64,000 nt of DNA from IMG/VR virus record IMGVR_UViG_3300025390_000524, positions 6,365 to 70,364 of that record; one strand, given 5' to 3'. Origin of the DNA: a virus (lineage: Duplodnaviria; Caudoviricetes). The notes under the pieces are model-generated. The model saw only the letters and a list, made by a program, of their open reading frames with translations. It was not told the origin of the DNA and made no database searches. Position 1 is the first letter of the stretch. The number at the start of each line of letters is the position of its first letter. A program made the translations under genes and the position numbers. This document shows positions 1 to 10,933 of the stretch, one piece after another.

Positions 1-139
1 ATTCCAATTTTTGTATCAGGATGAGCAAAATCTAATCTAAATCTACGTTTAGGAATTGCTTTAAACTCTTGCTCTAGTGGAATATCTGGATAGGTTAAAT
101 TCCACAAGTTATTAAATTCTGCTTCAAGATGGCTAGGCA

Positions 140-3100
140 TTAATAATAGTAAATCTCCAAAGTTTCGCTAGTGTTGAGGGTTACCCCAGTCCAAGTTAAA
201 GTTGCTCCAGTTATGCTGTAATTGATTGAATATACAGCCTTGACGCCATTTAAAAACAATTCAGACATAGCTGGAGTAGTTGGGGTTTCACTCAAGGTAA
301 AACTTGTTTGCCCGTTGCTAGTAATTGTTAACAACTGATAATAGGTAGTAGCAGTATTTCCGCTACCTAAATTCACTGTACCACCAGAAGCTGTACCGCC
401 ATAAGCGCCAATAGTGTTATCTGGAGAATTGGCAGTTAAAACAATATTTTTGTAAGTACCCGTAGCTGCATAACCTAGCCCAACGTAGCTAGAATATTGC
501 TGTACTGTAAAAACATCCCCCACCGTTGGTGTATAGCCATCTGCAGTCATTTTAGACGCGCTGTAGGTAAAAGTAACATTACTAGCTTGATAAGTTTTGT
601 TATTGGGAGTGGTTATTAGATATTGAGACATTTCGCCAGCAGACCAGCCAATATCAGCATAATCAACCAAACCTCCTATTTGATAGGTTCTGCGTGTCCA
701 ATTTAAAATCAAATTACCAGAGCCGTCATTGCCAATTGTAAAATCAGCAGGAGCATAGGGTTTACAAGAATTTCCGCGATAGGTCAAACTAATCGTAGTC
801 GTAATATCGGTTTCTACTTGATTTAAAGGAACTAATTTAAATAAATAGGATTTATTGATATCACTTTGAGAAAGTTTAGCTTGAGCTAAAGTGCTATCTA
901 ATAAAACAAAATTTTCGTTGGCACTATGTGTAGCAATATAATTTTCAGTACCCCGACAGCCTCTAATCAAATAACTAATTTTGTATTGATTGTTGCCAAG
1001 CAGGGTAACATCTCTAAACGCTATAATCTCACTGCCAACTAAAATCAAATTCTGTCCAGCTAAAAATGTATCAGTAGTTACAGAATTTATAACATTGTTG
1101 CTAGTAATCGTAAAACTAGTTGAAGTATCAACAATATCTGGATTACCTACAGCCGATAAAGTTCCAGAAATTGTCCCAAGAGTAGCAGATTTAGTAATAG
1201 TGGTTAACAAGTAATAATTATTGCCATTATCGGTTGAATAGTAAACACTACCTCCATTAAAATTTGCTTGATTTTGTACAGCAAAATAAGGGCCAATTGG
1301 CGACCCATTATCGCTAACAAGATTAATATCATATACATTTAACAATCCGTAGGCTATAGCAGGATAGGGATTATAAACTACTGGAGATGGTGGGTTGATA
1401 TTTCCTGTAGATTGCAAACCAGCTTGATGGATTACATAACTTCTAGGATCGTAGATTGGAGAAACATAATTGGTAGTAATGGCGTAAGCTGAAGTTGGAG
1501 AAGGGTTAGAAATCCAAGGACTAGAAATTGAATAATTGCTAGAAACAGTATTAGGATCTATCTGTTCTCCAAATATGGAATAAATCTGTACATTGGTATA
1601 AAGAGAAGGATTAGCAGTACCCATTGGATAACCCCAAACCGCACCTTCAGGATTACTTAAAATTCCAGAAGGTGAAGTATAGACGTGAGGAATATTAACG
1701 CCATTAACATATTGGGGAGGAGCGTTAACGTTACCATAAGTACCAACTGGTGGAGAACTTAAAGGGATAAAACTACCATCACTAAACGATACACCCCAAA
1801 CTGGCGAGGTATAGAGAACTACACCAGAATAATTACCAACTAATTCAAATCCTTCTAATTGTTGAATTACGGGACAAGCCAACCTGATTGTAGCTCCAGC
1901 AGCAGTACCGTATTTGGGAACTTGAATAACTGTATATAGAGTTTGACCAACAAAAGTTTGATTTTGATTAGCACCAGCTATATTGAGAAAAACAGCAGGA
2001 TCGTTGCAAGTAAAACTACAAATTACCCAATGCCTTGTAATAGCAGGCACACTCAACGAACGATAATTAGTTCCTTCAATTTGACAAATAAAATCTTTAG
2101 TTAATAACAATTTGGTTAGTTGAATTTGAACTTGACGTTGTCCAATATTTACACCAATCACATCTCCAATATGCAATTTGTTAAACCAGCAAGGCAGTAA
2201 AGACATATTGCTAAAACTATTACGTTGCGTGATGATTTCACCAATTAATTTAGCAGCACAACCAGCCGCCATACCATTGGTGCTACCAGCCCATTGTCTA
2301 GTTTGAATAGATACTGGATTTTGTCCTTGAGATAATGGATTACGAGCATAGGCGGTAGTCTGGTCACCAAACCATGCTAAATCATGATAGGAAATTTGAA
2401 TTTCGCTTGCCATTTCTCTAATTGGCAAAATTGTTTCTTTAAACAAATCACTAGTTTTTCCAGCTTCGTTATTTAAATTAGTACCTAAATTGGCTAAACC
2501 AATATTTAAAGTAATCGATGGACGATTTTTATTAAGAAATTTAATGACACCATTTTCTTCTCTGATTACAATAAAAAATAACTTTTGTAGTTCTTCAATA
2601 TAATCGGCAAAAGTTTCCCCAGAACGCTGCAAGACCATGCCTTCACTAATACCAATACCCATGATATCGCTAACATCAATCTGGCTAGAACTCAAACCGC
2701 ATTGCAAACAAATATCAGTAATAATATCGGTAATTAAAGGATTAGGGCCAAGCTTTCCAAAAATTTCTACATCGATTTTAGGAAACCCATTACCATTAAA
2801 TTGAGCAATATTATAATTATTAAAAGTAATATAACTTCGATTGACAAATGCTGGAATATTATTGCCTTCTGCTGCTGAAATTATTGAAGATATGGTAGTT
2901 TGATTACCAATAAAAATTTCACTATGATCTGCAAAATATTGACTATGTTTATCGGTATAACTTCCACCACTACTAAAAGCAGCATTTAAACCAGCACCAC
3001 CATAGATTGGTTGTCCTTTAGGGGTAAATCCAGTAATGTAATTATAATCAGTTAAACCAGTGTAATTAGTAAGGTTAGTAGCACCAGCCCTAGAAGACTC

Positions 3101-3490
3101 TGCATTATAAATTTGAACATTATTTGCCCAAATTCTATTGATACCAGCAATTGGGCCACCAATCATAAAAGCAGCAGTCATATAATAATTGTAAATATTT
3201 TCTCGTGGCCCAAATCCTTTACCGCTTCCTGGATAAGCGGGATTACCAGCAATACCATTTTTAGCTGCTGTTTTACCAGAAGTTTGAGTTTGAGTTAAAG
3301 GTAATGCCCAAAACATTGGACAACCGTCTAAACGTACCCTGCCATAGGCTAATGGTAATGGAGAACCATAAGAAGCTCTTGGAGTTAAAACAGTAGCATC
3401 TAGTTTGCCGATTTTTTGAACTGGTGTAACTAAACTCAACAGAACATTTGACGCTAAACCAGCTACGGCTGGCACAATCATATTAGCCAT
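140..3490 (-). CDS. Tail tip / host-specificity protein (lambda J / GTA g15-like) with C-terminal beta-rich domain
   Basis: 1116 aa. N-terminal 'ASYGSPLPLAYGRVRL' and 'IPAFVNRSYITFNNY..FNGNGFPKIDVEI' are typical of J-like tip proteins, as is 'YKISYLIRGCRGTE'. It follows an NlpC/P60 and DUF2163-like gene in the GTA-like order. Confidence 0.75.
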   Translation of the reverse strand: MANMIVPAVAGLASNVLLSLVTPVQKIGKLDATVLTPRASYGSPLPLAYGRVRLDGCPMFWALPLTQTQTSGKTAAKNGIAGNPAYPGSGKGFGPRENIYNYYMTAAFMIGGPIAGINRIWANNVQIYNAESSRAGATNLTNYTGLTDYNYITGFTPKGQPIYGGAGLNAAFSSGGSYTDKHSQYFADHSEIFIGNQTTISSIISAAEGNNIPAFVNRSYITFNNYNIAQFNGNGFPKIDVEIFGKLGPNPLITDIITDICLQCGLSSSQIDVSDIMGIGISEGMVLQRSGETFADYIEELQKLFFIVIREENGVIKFLNKNRPSITLNIGLANLGTNLNNEAGKTSDLFKETILPIREMASEIQISYHDLAWFGDQTTAYARNPLSQGQNPVSIQTRQWAGSTNGMAAGCAAKLIGEIITQRNSFSNMSLLPCWFNKLHIGDVIGVNIGQRQVQIQLTKLLLTKDFICQIEGTNYRSLSVPAITRHWVICSFTCNDPAVFLNIAGANQNQTFVGQTLYTVIQVPKYGTAAGATIRLACPVIQQLEGFELVGNYSGVVLYTSPVWGVSFSDGSFIPLSSPPVGTYGNVNAPPQYVNGVNIPHVYTSPSGILSNPEGAVWGYPMGTANPSLYTNVQIYSIFGEQIDPNTVSSNYSISSPWISNPSPTSAYAITTNYVSPIYDPRSYVIHQAGLQSTGNINPPSPVVYNPYPAIAYGLLNVYDINLVSDNGSPIGPYFAVQNQANFNGGSVYYSTDNGNNYYLLTTITKSATLGTISGTLSAVGNPDIVDTSTSFTITSNNVINSVTTDTFLAGQNLILVGSEIIAFRDVTLLGNNQYKISYLIRGCRGTENYIATHSANENFVLLDSTLAQAKLSQSDINKSYLFKLVPLNQVETDITTTISLTYRGNSCKPYAPADFTIGNDGSGNLILNWTRRTYQIGGLVDYADIGWSAGEMSQYLITTPNNKTYQASNVTFTYSASKMTADGYTPTVGDVFTVQQYSSYVGLGYAATGTYKNIVLTANSPDNTIGAYGGTASGGTVNLGSGNTATTYYQLLTITSNGQTSFTLSETPTTPAMSELFLNGVKAVYSINYSITGATLTWTGVTLNTSETLEIYYY

Positions 3491-3884
3491 GGATTACCTC
3501 ATAGATTGCTGCAATTTTATTAAGATAAAAATTAATTGGTACTAATTGCACGCCATAATTCATATCAGCGTGAATTATTTGATTTTCGCCAATAGCAATA
3601 CCAACATGACCAGCAATTTTACCAACTTGAAAAACCATAACAGCTTCAGGTTCTACGGTATTAATTGGTTTTAAATAATTTTGTTGATTTAAAAATTCAA
3701 TAATATTATTTTGTCTTGGTATACGATCATAATTTGGCAAATAGAAATTATCAGGAATCACTCCATATTCTTTACCGATTCCTAAAATCAAACCGACACA
3801 ATCAGTACCAATTCCTTTTACTGCTTGATTGTGAACCCATGGTGTGCCAATCCATTCTGTAGCGATTTCTGTAATACTTTTCAT
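3483..3884 (-). CDS. NlpC/P60 family tail-associated peptidase
   Basis: 'WIGTPWVHNQAVKGIGTDCVGL' (catalytic Cys) and 'GHVGIAIGENQIIHA' (His). Confidence 0.85.
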   Translation of the reverse strand: MKSITEIATEWIGTPWVHNQAVKGIGTDCVGLILGIGKEYGVIPDNFYLPNYDRIPRQNNIIEFLNQQNYLKPINTVEPEAVMVFQVGKIAGHVGIAIGENQIIHADMNYGVQLVPINFYLNKIAAIYEVIHG

Positions 3885-5920
3885 TAGTTACCTGCTATTG
3901 GAGAGACAAAATAAAAATCATTACTTGGCATAAAACTTCCGCCTTGAGGTTCTCCACCAAAATTGATGTAGTTGTTATACAAAGTTTTACAAGTGGATTG
4001 GGTTTTATCACAACCTCCTTGGACAATCAAGGTATCGCCAATGGTTGTTTGATACATTAAATTAATTGAAAAAATCACTAAAGTCCCCCCATTATATGGA
4101 TAGCTATCCCAGATTGGATAGGCTACACCTTGATTAGCTCCACTAGTAAAAATACAAGTTCCATAAGCCAATCCATGTGACAGCATAGCAGTAGAACTAA
4201 TTACAATTTGACTAAGAGACAATCCATTACTAGATTGGTTATCACTAACAGAAGTAGTCCAGCGATAATTGGCAATATTTAAAGTGCAATTGCTATAGGG
4301 ATTAAATTTTTTATTAACATCACAAAAATCCCAACGGCATTGATAGCTAGTACGTTGTGTGCAGGATTGACGCAATAGGCTAGTACCTAGCGTTAAATTT
4401 TCCATTGTAAATTGGGTATCAGTCGAAGTTATTTGCCCAATTATGCCAATTTGTTCAGTTAACGCACCAGATAAAGTAGAGGGAGGATTGGTATAATCTA
4501 CGGCTGCTATTGTGATTGTGGCGTTGTCAAACATTCCACTAGCTAGCATTGCTTCAGTAATAGCAGTAGAGCTGATAATTGTTTTTATTTCTTCGTTATC
4601 TACTTGGATATTGATATTTCGTTGCAGTGCTGTAGGTTCAAATGCAGTATTAGCCAGATAGGTAACTCCAGCAATTACAATATTGCGGTCGTGTGTAGAA
4701 AAACCATAGACAGCCGTAGTTCCATCAGGTTTGGGTACAGTAATATTACAAATCCTTGCAATTTTAATCAAAGGAGTCGATAAAATATCAGCAGGAGAAC
4801 TCATTGGACTATCTAATATCAGCCCACCAGTTCTATATACTTTCATTTCTAGTGGCGCAACATCGTAGATTTGGTTGTTGGATTGCAAGGTATAGGTCAA
4901 ATCTTGCGTATTAAAACGAGCCAACAATAAACTATTGGAAACTCCAGTATCTTGGTAATAAAATAAAGACCCATTACCTTTGTTGGATAACCAAAAGTTT
5001 AATAGAGTATTTAGCAAAGATTGGGTGTAGGTCTTGCGTTCACCTTGAACGTGTTTATAAAATGGCACACTTTTTCTAGTAGTATTTTTACGAAACCCAG
5101 AAGATAACGTGATAATTTCTGTATCGTAAGTAGTAAAATCTTGATTACCTGCTAAAAAATCTAATTGCGTAGGAAATACAACTAGATCTGCATTGGCAAC
5201 TCCCGTATTTCCATAGATTGGTGTATCTGAAAGAATATCAATTGGCGTGATATAGGGTACTTGTTTAAATTCTTTTAAAATTAATTTATTAATTTGAAAA
5301 GTTGTAGGAGAAGCCAAACTATATTCAAATTCATCATTTTCAAACGTTACTGGCACGTAAAAACTAAATACAGCAGGAATTAAATAATAGCGTTGTGGAG
5401 TGCTATTAGCTGGCGCTGCTGGTGCTGTAGCAAAAGTTATTTGTCCATTGTTTCCTAACGTCCAACCAGTAGTAGAACCGTTGACGCTGGTAACTACATT
5501 GGGTTGAGTAATTGGTCTTAGGTGAGTATTGACACCAGAAAAATAGACTGGTTGCGAAGTATAGGAGCCATAGGTTCCAGAAGGATATTGATAGATTTTA
5601 CATAGCTGAAACGTGGTTCTAGTACCATCTGGCAAAGGATAAAGACAACCAGCACCTTGGTCGTTATAATCAGATTTATCGGTATAGAGAAAAGAAGCAC
5701 TAGCACCAGCTACTGAACCAAAAAAACTTTCTATAGTAGTGATATCGCTGGCAGTTAGAATTTTACGAGCAAAGTTAAAAGTTCTAATTGGATCTTCCCA
5801 ATAAACAATTCTTTGCTCAGCACCTACCGAATTGCTCAAAATAGAATTAGCAAAACTTAAAGTAACTTGTATACCAGCACTTTCGTTAATTGGAAAAACT
5901 TGATTGATATCGACGACCAT
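3884..5920 (-). CDS. Fused distal-tail/hub protein (two DUF2460-like repeats + DUF2163-like + BR0599-like C-terminus)
   Basis: 'AEQRIVYWEDPIRTF' and a second 'TEIITLSSGFRKNTTR..NFWLSNKG' unit. Then 'DGTTAVYGFSTHDRNIVIAGVTY', 'CRWDFCD' and 'GCDKTQSTCKTLYNNYINFGGEP'. Confidence 0.7.
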   Translation of the reverse strand: MVVDINQVFPINESAGIQVTLSFANSILSNSVGAEQRIVYWEDPIRTFNFARKILTASDITTIESFFGSVAGASASFLYTDKSDYNDQGAGCLYPLPDGTRTTFQLCKIYQYPSGTYGSYTSQPVYFSGVNTHLRPITQPNVVTSVNGSTTGWTLGNNGQITFATAPAAPANSTPQRYYLIPAVFSFYVPVTFENDEFEYSLASPTTFQINKLILKEFKQVPYITPIDILSDTPIYGNTGVANADLVVFPTQLDFLAGNQDFTTYDTEIITLSSGFRKNTTRKSVPFYKHVQGERKTYTQSLLNTLLNFWLSNKGNGSLFYYQDTGVSNSLLLARFNTQDLTYTLQSNNQIYDVAPLEMKVYRTGGLILDSPMSSPADILSTPLIKIARICNITVPKPDGTTAVYGFSTHDRNIVIAGVTYLANTAFEPTALQRNINIQVDNEEIKTIISSTAITEAMLASGMFDNATITIAAVDYTNPPSTLSGALTEQIGIIGQITSTDTQFTMENLTLGTSLLRQSCTQRTSYQCRWDFCDVNKKFNPYSNCTLNIANYRWTTSVSDNQSSNGLSLSQIVISSTAMLSHGLAYGTCIFTSGANQGVAYPIWDSYPYNGGTLVIFSINLMYQTTIGDTLIVQGGCDKTQSTCKTLYNNYINFGGEPQGGSFMPSNDFYFVSPIAGN

Positions 5921-5922
5921 TG

Positions 5923-6621
5923 TTAATAGAGTGGATAGGTTGAGGTTGAAATTGTCCTTAAAGCGTTAGTTAACCGTAATGCTTTAATAGAAAGGGTTTT
6001 GCCGTTGGTGGTAGATTGAATATTATGATCTCCGCCAATATATAGTGGAGAAGAGCTGTTGGTTGTCGTAGGATTTCCACCACCACTAGAAGGGCTATAG
6101 GAAGTGCCGTTAACGTACAGTGAAATTGTGCCAGCATTACTCAAGAACACTACATAGTAATCAGTATTAGCGCTATAGGCTGGTACTGAAGAAAATACAG
6201 CAGTTGAACGTCCAGAACTCGCATAAAAATAACCTAAATTGGCTGGACTATAACCAAACGCATATTCATCACTACCAGAAAACATACCGCTATTGCCTTT
6301 TACTAAAAAAGCAAAATTATCACCATAGACTGAGGTTGCTGAATAACTAACTTTGATCTCTAAAGTCCAACTAGAACCAAGACTATAACTAGCGTTAGTA
6401 CCATAACTGATCGAGGTATCACCAGCAGTCGAACTAAAATCTAAACTATTGTTACTAAGATTGGCTGATGCTCCAGCTCCAATTGAACTAATTGTGCCAA
6501 TTCCTCTAAGGTTGCCACAACTTCCATAGGTTTCTAAAATCACATTAGAGCCATAGGGGTCAGCACTCGTTCCAGACGAAGTTGCAGGATAGATGCCACC
6601 TAGCAAATTTACAGTTGTCAT
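5923..6621 (-). CDS. LamG/concanavalin-A-like virion protein
   Basis: 'SWTLEIKV', 'YYVVFLSNAGTISLYVNG', 'LYIGG' and 'IKALRLTNALR' form the LamG-like pattern; it lies in the tail operon. Confidence 0.6.
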   Translation of the reverse strand: MTTVNLLGGIYPATSSGTSADPYGSNVILETYGSCGNLRGIGTISSIGAGASANLSNNSLDFSSTAGDTSISYGTNASYSLGSSWTLEIKVSYSATSVYGDNFAFLVKGNSGMFSGSDEYAFGYSPANLGYFYASSGRSTAVFSSVPAYSANTDYYVVFLSNAGTISLYVNGTSYSPSSGGGNPTTTNSSSPLYIGGDHNIQSTTNGKTLSIKALRLTNALRTISTSTYPLY

Positions 6622-7280
6622 CGGCTAGCTCCTACTAAATCAAAATTTGTACCATTTAACCAAAGCTCTATCCAACCATAGGCTAAATTGATTGCTAGAT
6701 TATTTCCAGAACCCAAGTTTGCAATTGTATAACCGCTTGGTGGGCTAATAGTTAAACTATTGGTAGCAAATCCACTAGTTGAAGTAGTTGCCCCGCGATC
6801 GTAGAAATAATAACGACCGTTGGCGGTAGTAGGCAAGGTAATAGAAATTGCACCACTTGAGGTATTTACTGGATATTTATAACCAGAAACTGGAGTAAAG
6901 GTTGCAGTTTGAGTAGTACCTAGCGTCCATAATGCTGTTCCATTTGCTAGATAACTCCATGCTCCACTAGAATAATACGCCCATTGTTTTAAATCATTTG
7001 CCCAAACAATTAAACCTTCAAATGGGGTAAAAAAAGATAACGTACCTAAATAATACTGAGCAATATTGTTGGTTTGACCAGACCAAGTACCTGACGCTCC
7101 ACTTGGTACAATATATAGCGATTCACTAGCAGGACTAGTAGGTGGTGTAGTTAGGGTTGTGCTAGTTATCCCACGTCTTAGAGCACTGAGAGTTATAGCT
7201 AACGTATTTATAGTTTGTTCTTTAAATTCTTGAGATTTATCTACTAAAATCCCGTTGCCACTTAGAATAGTAGTCGTCAT
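6618..7280 (-). CDS. DUF2793-like tail fibre-associated protein
   Basis: 'TPPTSPASESLYIVPSGASGTWSGQTNNIAQYY..TPFEGLIVW' matches the DUF2793 motif. Confidence 0.7.
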   Translation of the reverse strand: MTTTILSGNGILVDKSQEFKEQTINTLAITLSALRRGITSTTLTTPPTSPASESLYIVPSGASGTWSGQTNNIAQYYLGTLSFFTPFEGLIVWANDLKQWAYYSSGAWSYLANGTALWTLGTTQTATFTPVSGYKYPVNTSSGAISITLPTTANGRYYFYDRGATTSTSGFATNSLTISPPSGYTIANLGSGNNLAINLAYGWIELWLNGTNFDLVGASR

Positions 7281-7380
7281 ATTTTTTATTTATACTTAAA
7301 CTATATTATACAAGCAATTAATATTAGTTAATTTTGTTTAATTTGGCTATAGTATAATAGTAAAAAATATATAAATAAAT

Positions 7381-8085
7381 ATGTTAATTCAAGCAGCGCA
7401 AATCTCTCAAAATTTGGCAGCTCCGATCTGGATTACTGGAGTAACAGTAACTGGTTCTTCAGCAAATATCACTTCACCTTTAACTACTGCCTTAAATAGT
7501 GCAGGAAATAATGGCGTTTCTGTACCTTTACAAGTTTCAACAAGTTCAGCCGTTGTTGGGGTAATTACAACAGGAACTAATGCTCAAGTTTCGGTTGTTA
7601 GTAACGTCAATGGTGCTCAATTTGACGATGCTAATGGCAACATGGTCTATGGGGTAATTAGCCAATCTTCTAGTACTTATACTTTATCGTTTTATACCAA
7701 CGTTAGTGGCACTCAAACTGCTTATAGTTTTGCTGGTTCTACTGTAATAAATTTTACGATTAACTACGTTTTTGATTTTTATCGTTTTCCAGCCTATGCC
7801 CTAATTGGGGTCAAAAACATTTTAGTTGACCAATTAACCTATCAAATTCCAGTACCCTTTACTCAAGCTTTGACAATCGGTACAGCTAATACAGTTCCTT
7901 CCTTGAGTTATACGCCAATTTCTACCTACGGTGTTAACTTTGTAGTAAATGGCGTTACATATAGTACATTATCTGGAATTGGAGAATTTGCAATAACTGG
8001 AACCTCAGTATCTTTTTCTAGTGTAAATGCTGGATTTACGTTACAAGCTGGCTGGGAAGTTTTCGCTCAATATTTCCACTATTAA
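7381..8085 (+). CDS. Putative virion structural protein (beta-rich)
   Basis: S/T/V/G-rich, with a C-terminal 'FVVNGV..FAITGTSVSF' beta domain. First gene of an oppositely oriented cassette. Confidence 0.5.
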   Translation: MLIQAAQISQNLAAPIWITGVTVTGSSANITSPLTTALNSAGNNGVSVPLQVSTSSAVVGVITTGTNAQVSVVSNVNGAQFDDANGNMVYGVISQSSSTYTLSFYTNVSGTQTAYSFAGSTVINFTINYVFDFYRFPAYALIGVKNILVDQLTYQIPVPFTQALTIGTANTVPSLSYTPISTYGVNFVVNGVTYSTLSGIGEFAITGTSVSFSSVNAGFTLQAGWEVFAQYFHY

Positions 8086-8090
8086 AATAA

Positions 8091-9143
8091 ATGGCAATCA
8101 ATTTCAACCAATTACAAAACCTTGATAACAATACTTTACTAGGCAACAATTCTGGTTCTGGATCTGCTCCTAGTCAATTAAGTATTAGCCAAATCAAAAC
8201 TTTATTGGCGTTATCTACTAGTGATATATCTGGATTGGCTGCCTATATAGCGTCTGCTAGTATTTCTGCTAGCCAAGTTACTGGCTTAGGTTCTTTGGCA
8301 ACAGCATCTAGTGTAAGTACTAGTCAAGTTACTGGTTTATCTACTTTAATCAATAGCAATATAGCTTCTGCTACCATTGCAGGTTCCCAAGTATCAGGAG
8401 CTTTGACTAGCTCGACATTATCTCCTAGTAGTTTATCTAGTGGAACGTTGGCTAGTGGAGTTACAGTCCCCTATAGTCAAATATCTGGTGCTCCTAGCAA
8501 TAGCACTTTAACTTTAGGAACAGGATTAACTGGTACTTCCTACAACGGCTCTAGTGCTGTAACTGCTGCTGTAGATACTAGTGTAGTTACAACACTTACT
8601 GGCACTCAAACTTTAACTAATAAAACTTTAACTAGCCCAACAATCAACACTAGTTTAACTTTGGGTAGTGGAGTAACTTTACCTGCTGGTAATTTAACTG
8701 GAACTTTACCAGCTATTAGTGGCGCTAGTTTAACTAGTATTACTTCTAGTCAAATATCTGGACTAGGTTCTTTGGCAACTTTATCTAGTGTAGCTTTAAC
8801 CAATATTGCTTCAATAGCCAACAACACTTTACTTGGAAATAATAGTGGTAGTTCGGCTTCTCCAACAGCACTATCAATAAGTAATGTTCAAACTTTATTG
8901 GGACTAGGAAGTGCTGCTTATTTAACTGCTGGAACAAGCGCTAATAACGTAGTTCAGTTAAATTCGTCAGGGTTTTTAGCAAGTGTTGTTGCAGGTAATG
9001 GTATTCACGAAAACCCTAATACAATTAGTTCTTCTTACACAATAGTGGGAACTAACAATGCTGTATCTATTGGCGATATTGCTATTTCGGGAGCATCTAC
9101 AACGTTAACGTTACAAACAAATAGTCAATGGAAAATAATATAA
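8091..9143 (+). CDS. Tail fibre-like Ser/Thr/Gly repeat protein
   Basis: Internal repeats 'NNTLLGNNSGS..P..LSIS..TLL.L' (twice) and 'SQ(V/I)(T/S)GLGSLAT', plus 'TLTGTQTLTNKTLTSPTI', typical of fibre proteins. Confidence 0.55.
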   Translation: MAINFNQLQNLDNNTLLGNNSGSGSAPSQLSISQIKTLLALSTSDISGLAAYIASASISASQVTGLGSLATASSVSTSQVTGLSTLINSNIASATIAGSQVSGALTSSTLSPSSLSSGTLASGVTVPYSQISGAPSNSTLTLGTGLTGTSYNGSSAVTAAVDTSVVTTLTGTQTLTNKTLTSPTINTSLTLGSGVTLPAGNLTGTLPAISGASLTSITSSQISGLGSLATLSSVALTNIASIANNTLLGNNSGSSASPTALSISNVQTLLGLGSAAYLTAGTSANNVVQLNSSGFLASVVAGNGIHENPNTISSSYTIVGTNNAVSIGDIAISGASTTLTLQTNSQWKII

Positions 9144-9153
9144 GGAGAAAATA

Positions 9154-9918
9154 ATGGCAACTTTAACTATCCAAAACGCTTCTGGTCAATCAACTTCTAT
9201 AACACCTAACGCATCAAATACTGGTACTTTAACTTTGCCTACTGGTACGGCAACAATATTAGCAACTCCTTTACCTAGTGGTACGGCAACTGTTGCTCCT
9301 TTGACTTTAACTACTGGAACTAACCTTACTACACCAGCGGCAGGTTCACTGGAATATAACGGATATTCGCCATATTTTACTCCCACTGGTACTCAGAGAG
9401 GGGTGATGCAGGCGGCACAGTATTATGCTCTTAACACTGCTTATACAGGTACTCAGGCAACAACTGCACAAAGTATTTTTGGGTTGACTAATGGTGTAAC
9501 TCTTACTAGTTCTACTATTTATGAATTTGAGATGGCAATTGCTTTAAGTAAATCGGCAGGCACAACTTCACATAATTTTTCAATGGGATTTGGAGGCACT
9601 GCAACACTAAATTCTATTGGATATTGGTTTATATACGACGGATTAACTACTAATTACAATACTGGACAAGCAACAAATCAATGGTTTATGTCATCGGCAT
9701 CGGCAGCTACAATTACCTCTGGAATAACAGGAGCAGCCTTTTATGCTTGGGGAGTTGTCAAAGGTATTGTATCAGTCAATGCTGGCGGAACTTTTAACCC
9801 ACAATATACGCTAAGTGCTGCTCCTGGTGGTGCATATACAACCGCCGTTGGAAGTTATATAAAAATTTCTTCACTTGCTGCCTCTGGTTCAAACGTAAGT
9901 ATAGGAGCATGGAGTTAA
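9154..9918 (+). CDS. Putative tail fibre / virion protein
   Basis: Thr/Gly-rich; 'APLTLTTGTNLTTPAAGSLEYNG' and 'GTFNPQYTLSAAPG' resemble freshwater phage fibre proteins. Confidence 0.5.
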   Translation: MATLTIQNASGQSTSITPNASNTGTLTLPTGTATILATPLPSGTATVAPLTLTTGTNLTTPAAGSLEYNGYSPYFTPTGTQRGVMQAAQYYALNTAYTGTQATTAQSIFGLTNGVTLTSSTIYEFEMAIALSKSAGTTSHNFSMGFGGTATLNSIGYWFIYDGLTTNYNTGQATNQWFMSSASAATITSGITGAAFYAWGVVKGIVSVNAGGTFNPQYTLSAAPGGAYTTAVGSYIKISSLAASGSNVSIGAWS

Positions 9919-9919
9919 T

Positions 9920-10933
9920 ATGCCGAATACATTTAATGGCAACGTTGGTGCAATTTTCCCTACATGGACAACAGTAACACGCTCTGCTACTGCCCAGACA
10001 GGCGAAACTGGTTATAACACTACTACTGGAACTTTAGAAGTTTATAACGGTACTGCTTGGATTGCAACAATTAATTATTCAACATCTTATCCAGTATCTT
10101 ACTTAGTAGTTGCTGGTGGTGGTGGTGGTGGAAATTATAATAGTGGTGGTGGTGGTGGAGCAGGCGGTTTATTAACTGGAACTGCTTTTCTTGTAACTGG
10201 AACTGTAAATACTATTACTGTTGGTGCTGGAGGTAATGGCGCTGTTGGTTATACTGCCGCTGTTAATGGCAGTAATTCGTCACTGATAGGCAATAGTATT
10301 ATTGCTACTGCTCTAGGGGGAGGGTATGGAGCATCTAATGGTTTGGGTAACAATGGAGGTTCTGGAGGTTCTGGAGGAGGAGCAGATCAACAAGGTGGGG
10401 CTGGTTCTGGAACTTTTGGACAAGGAAATGCAGGTGGTGCTAACAATGCTACGTACAACGTATCACCATATTATCCTGCCGCTGGAGGTGGAGGAGCAGG
10501 CGCTGTAGGGGGTTCTCAACTTTCCTCGTCTATTGCAGGAAATGGTGGAGTAGGTTTAACCACATCTATTATTACCACAACTCAAGCAACTAATTATTCC
10601 GTTGGACAAGTTGTCAGTTCGTCAATTTATTTTGCTGGCGGTGGAGGTGCTTCTACTCAAGGTGGAGGCGGCACTGGAGGTTCTGGAGGATATGGTGGAG
10701 GTGGGGCAGGTACTAGTAGCGTAGGCGCTGGTACATCTGGAACTGCTAATACTGGTGGCGGTGGTGGTGCTGGTTATAACGCTTTTAATGGCGGCAACGG
10801 CGGTTCTGGTGTTGTCATTCTATCTATGCCTACTACCAACTATTCAGGCAAAACCACTGGTTCTCCAATAGTCACAACAAATGGATCAAATACAGTTTTA
10901 ATTTATACATCATCTGGGAGTTATATAGCATAA
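9920..10933 (+). CDS. Glycine-rich virion/fibre protein
   Basis: 'VSYLVVAGGGGGG', repeated GGGG motifs and 'GGSGVVILS', the glycine-rich domain family common in aquatic phages. Confidence 0.6.
   Translation: MPNTFNGNVGAIFPTWTTVTRSATAQTGETGYNTTTGTLEVYNGTAWIATINYSTSYPVSYLVVAGGGGGGNYNSGGGGGAGGLLTGTAFLVTGTVNTITVGAGGNGAVGYTAAVNGSNSSLIGNSIIATALGGGYGASNGLGNNGGSGGSGGGADQQGGAGSGTFGQGNAGGANNATYNVSPYYPAAGGGGAGAVGGSQLSSSIAGNGGVGLTTSIITTTQATNYSVGQVVSSSIYFAGGGGASTQGGGGTGGSGGYGGGGAGTSSVGAGTSGTANTGGGGGAGYNAFNGGNGGSGVVILSMPTTNYSGKTTGSPIVTTNGSNTVLIYTSSGSYIA

Noticed and set aside
10100-10810. GGT/GGA triplet runs as tandem repeats or a diversity-generating target
   Set aside because: Explained by glycine codons; no reverse transcriptase or template/variable repeat pair was seen.
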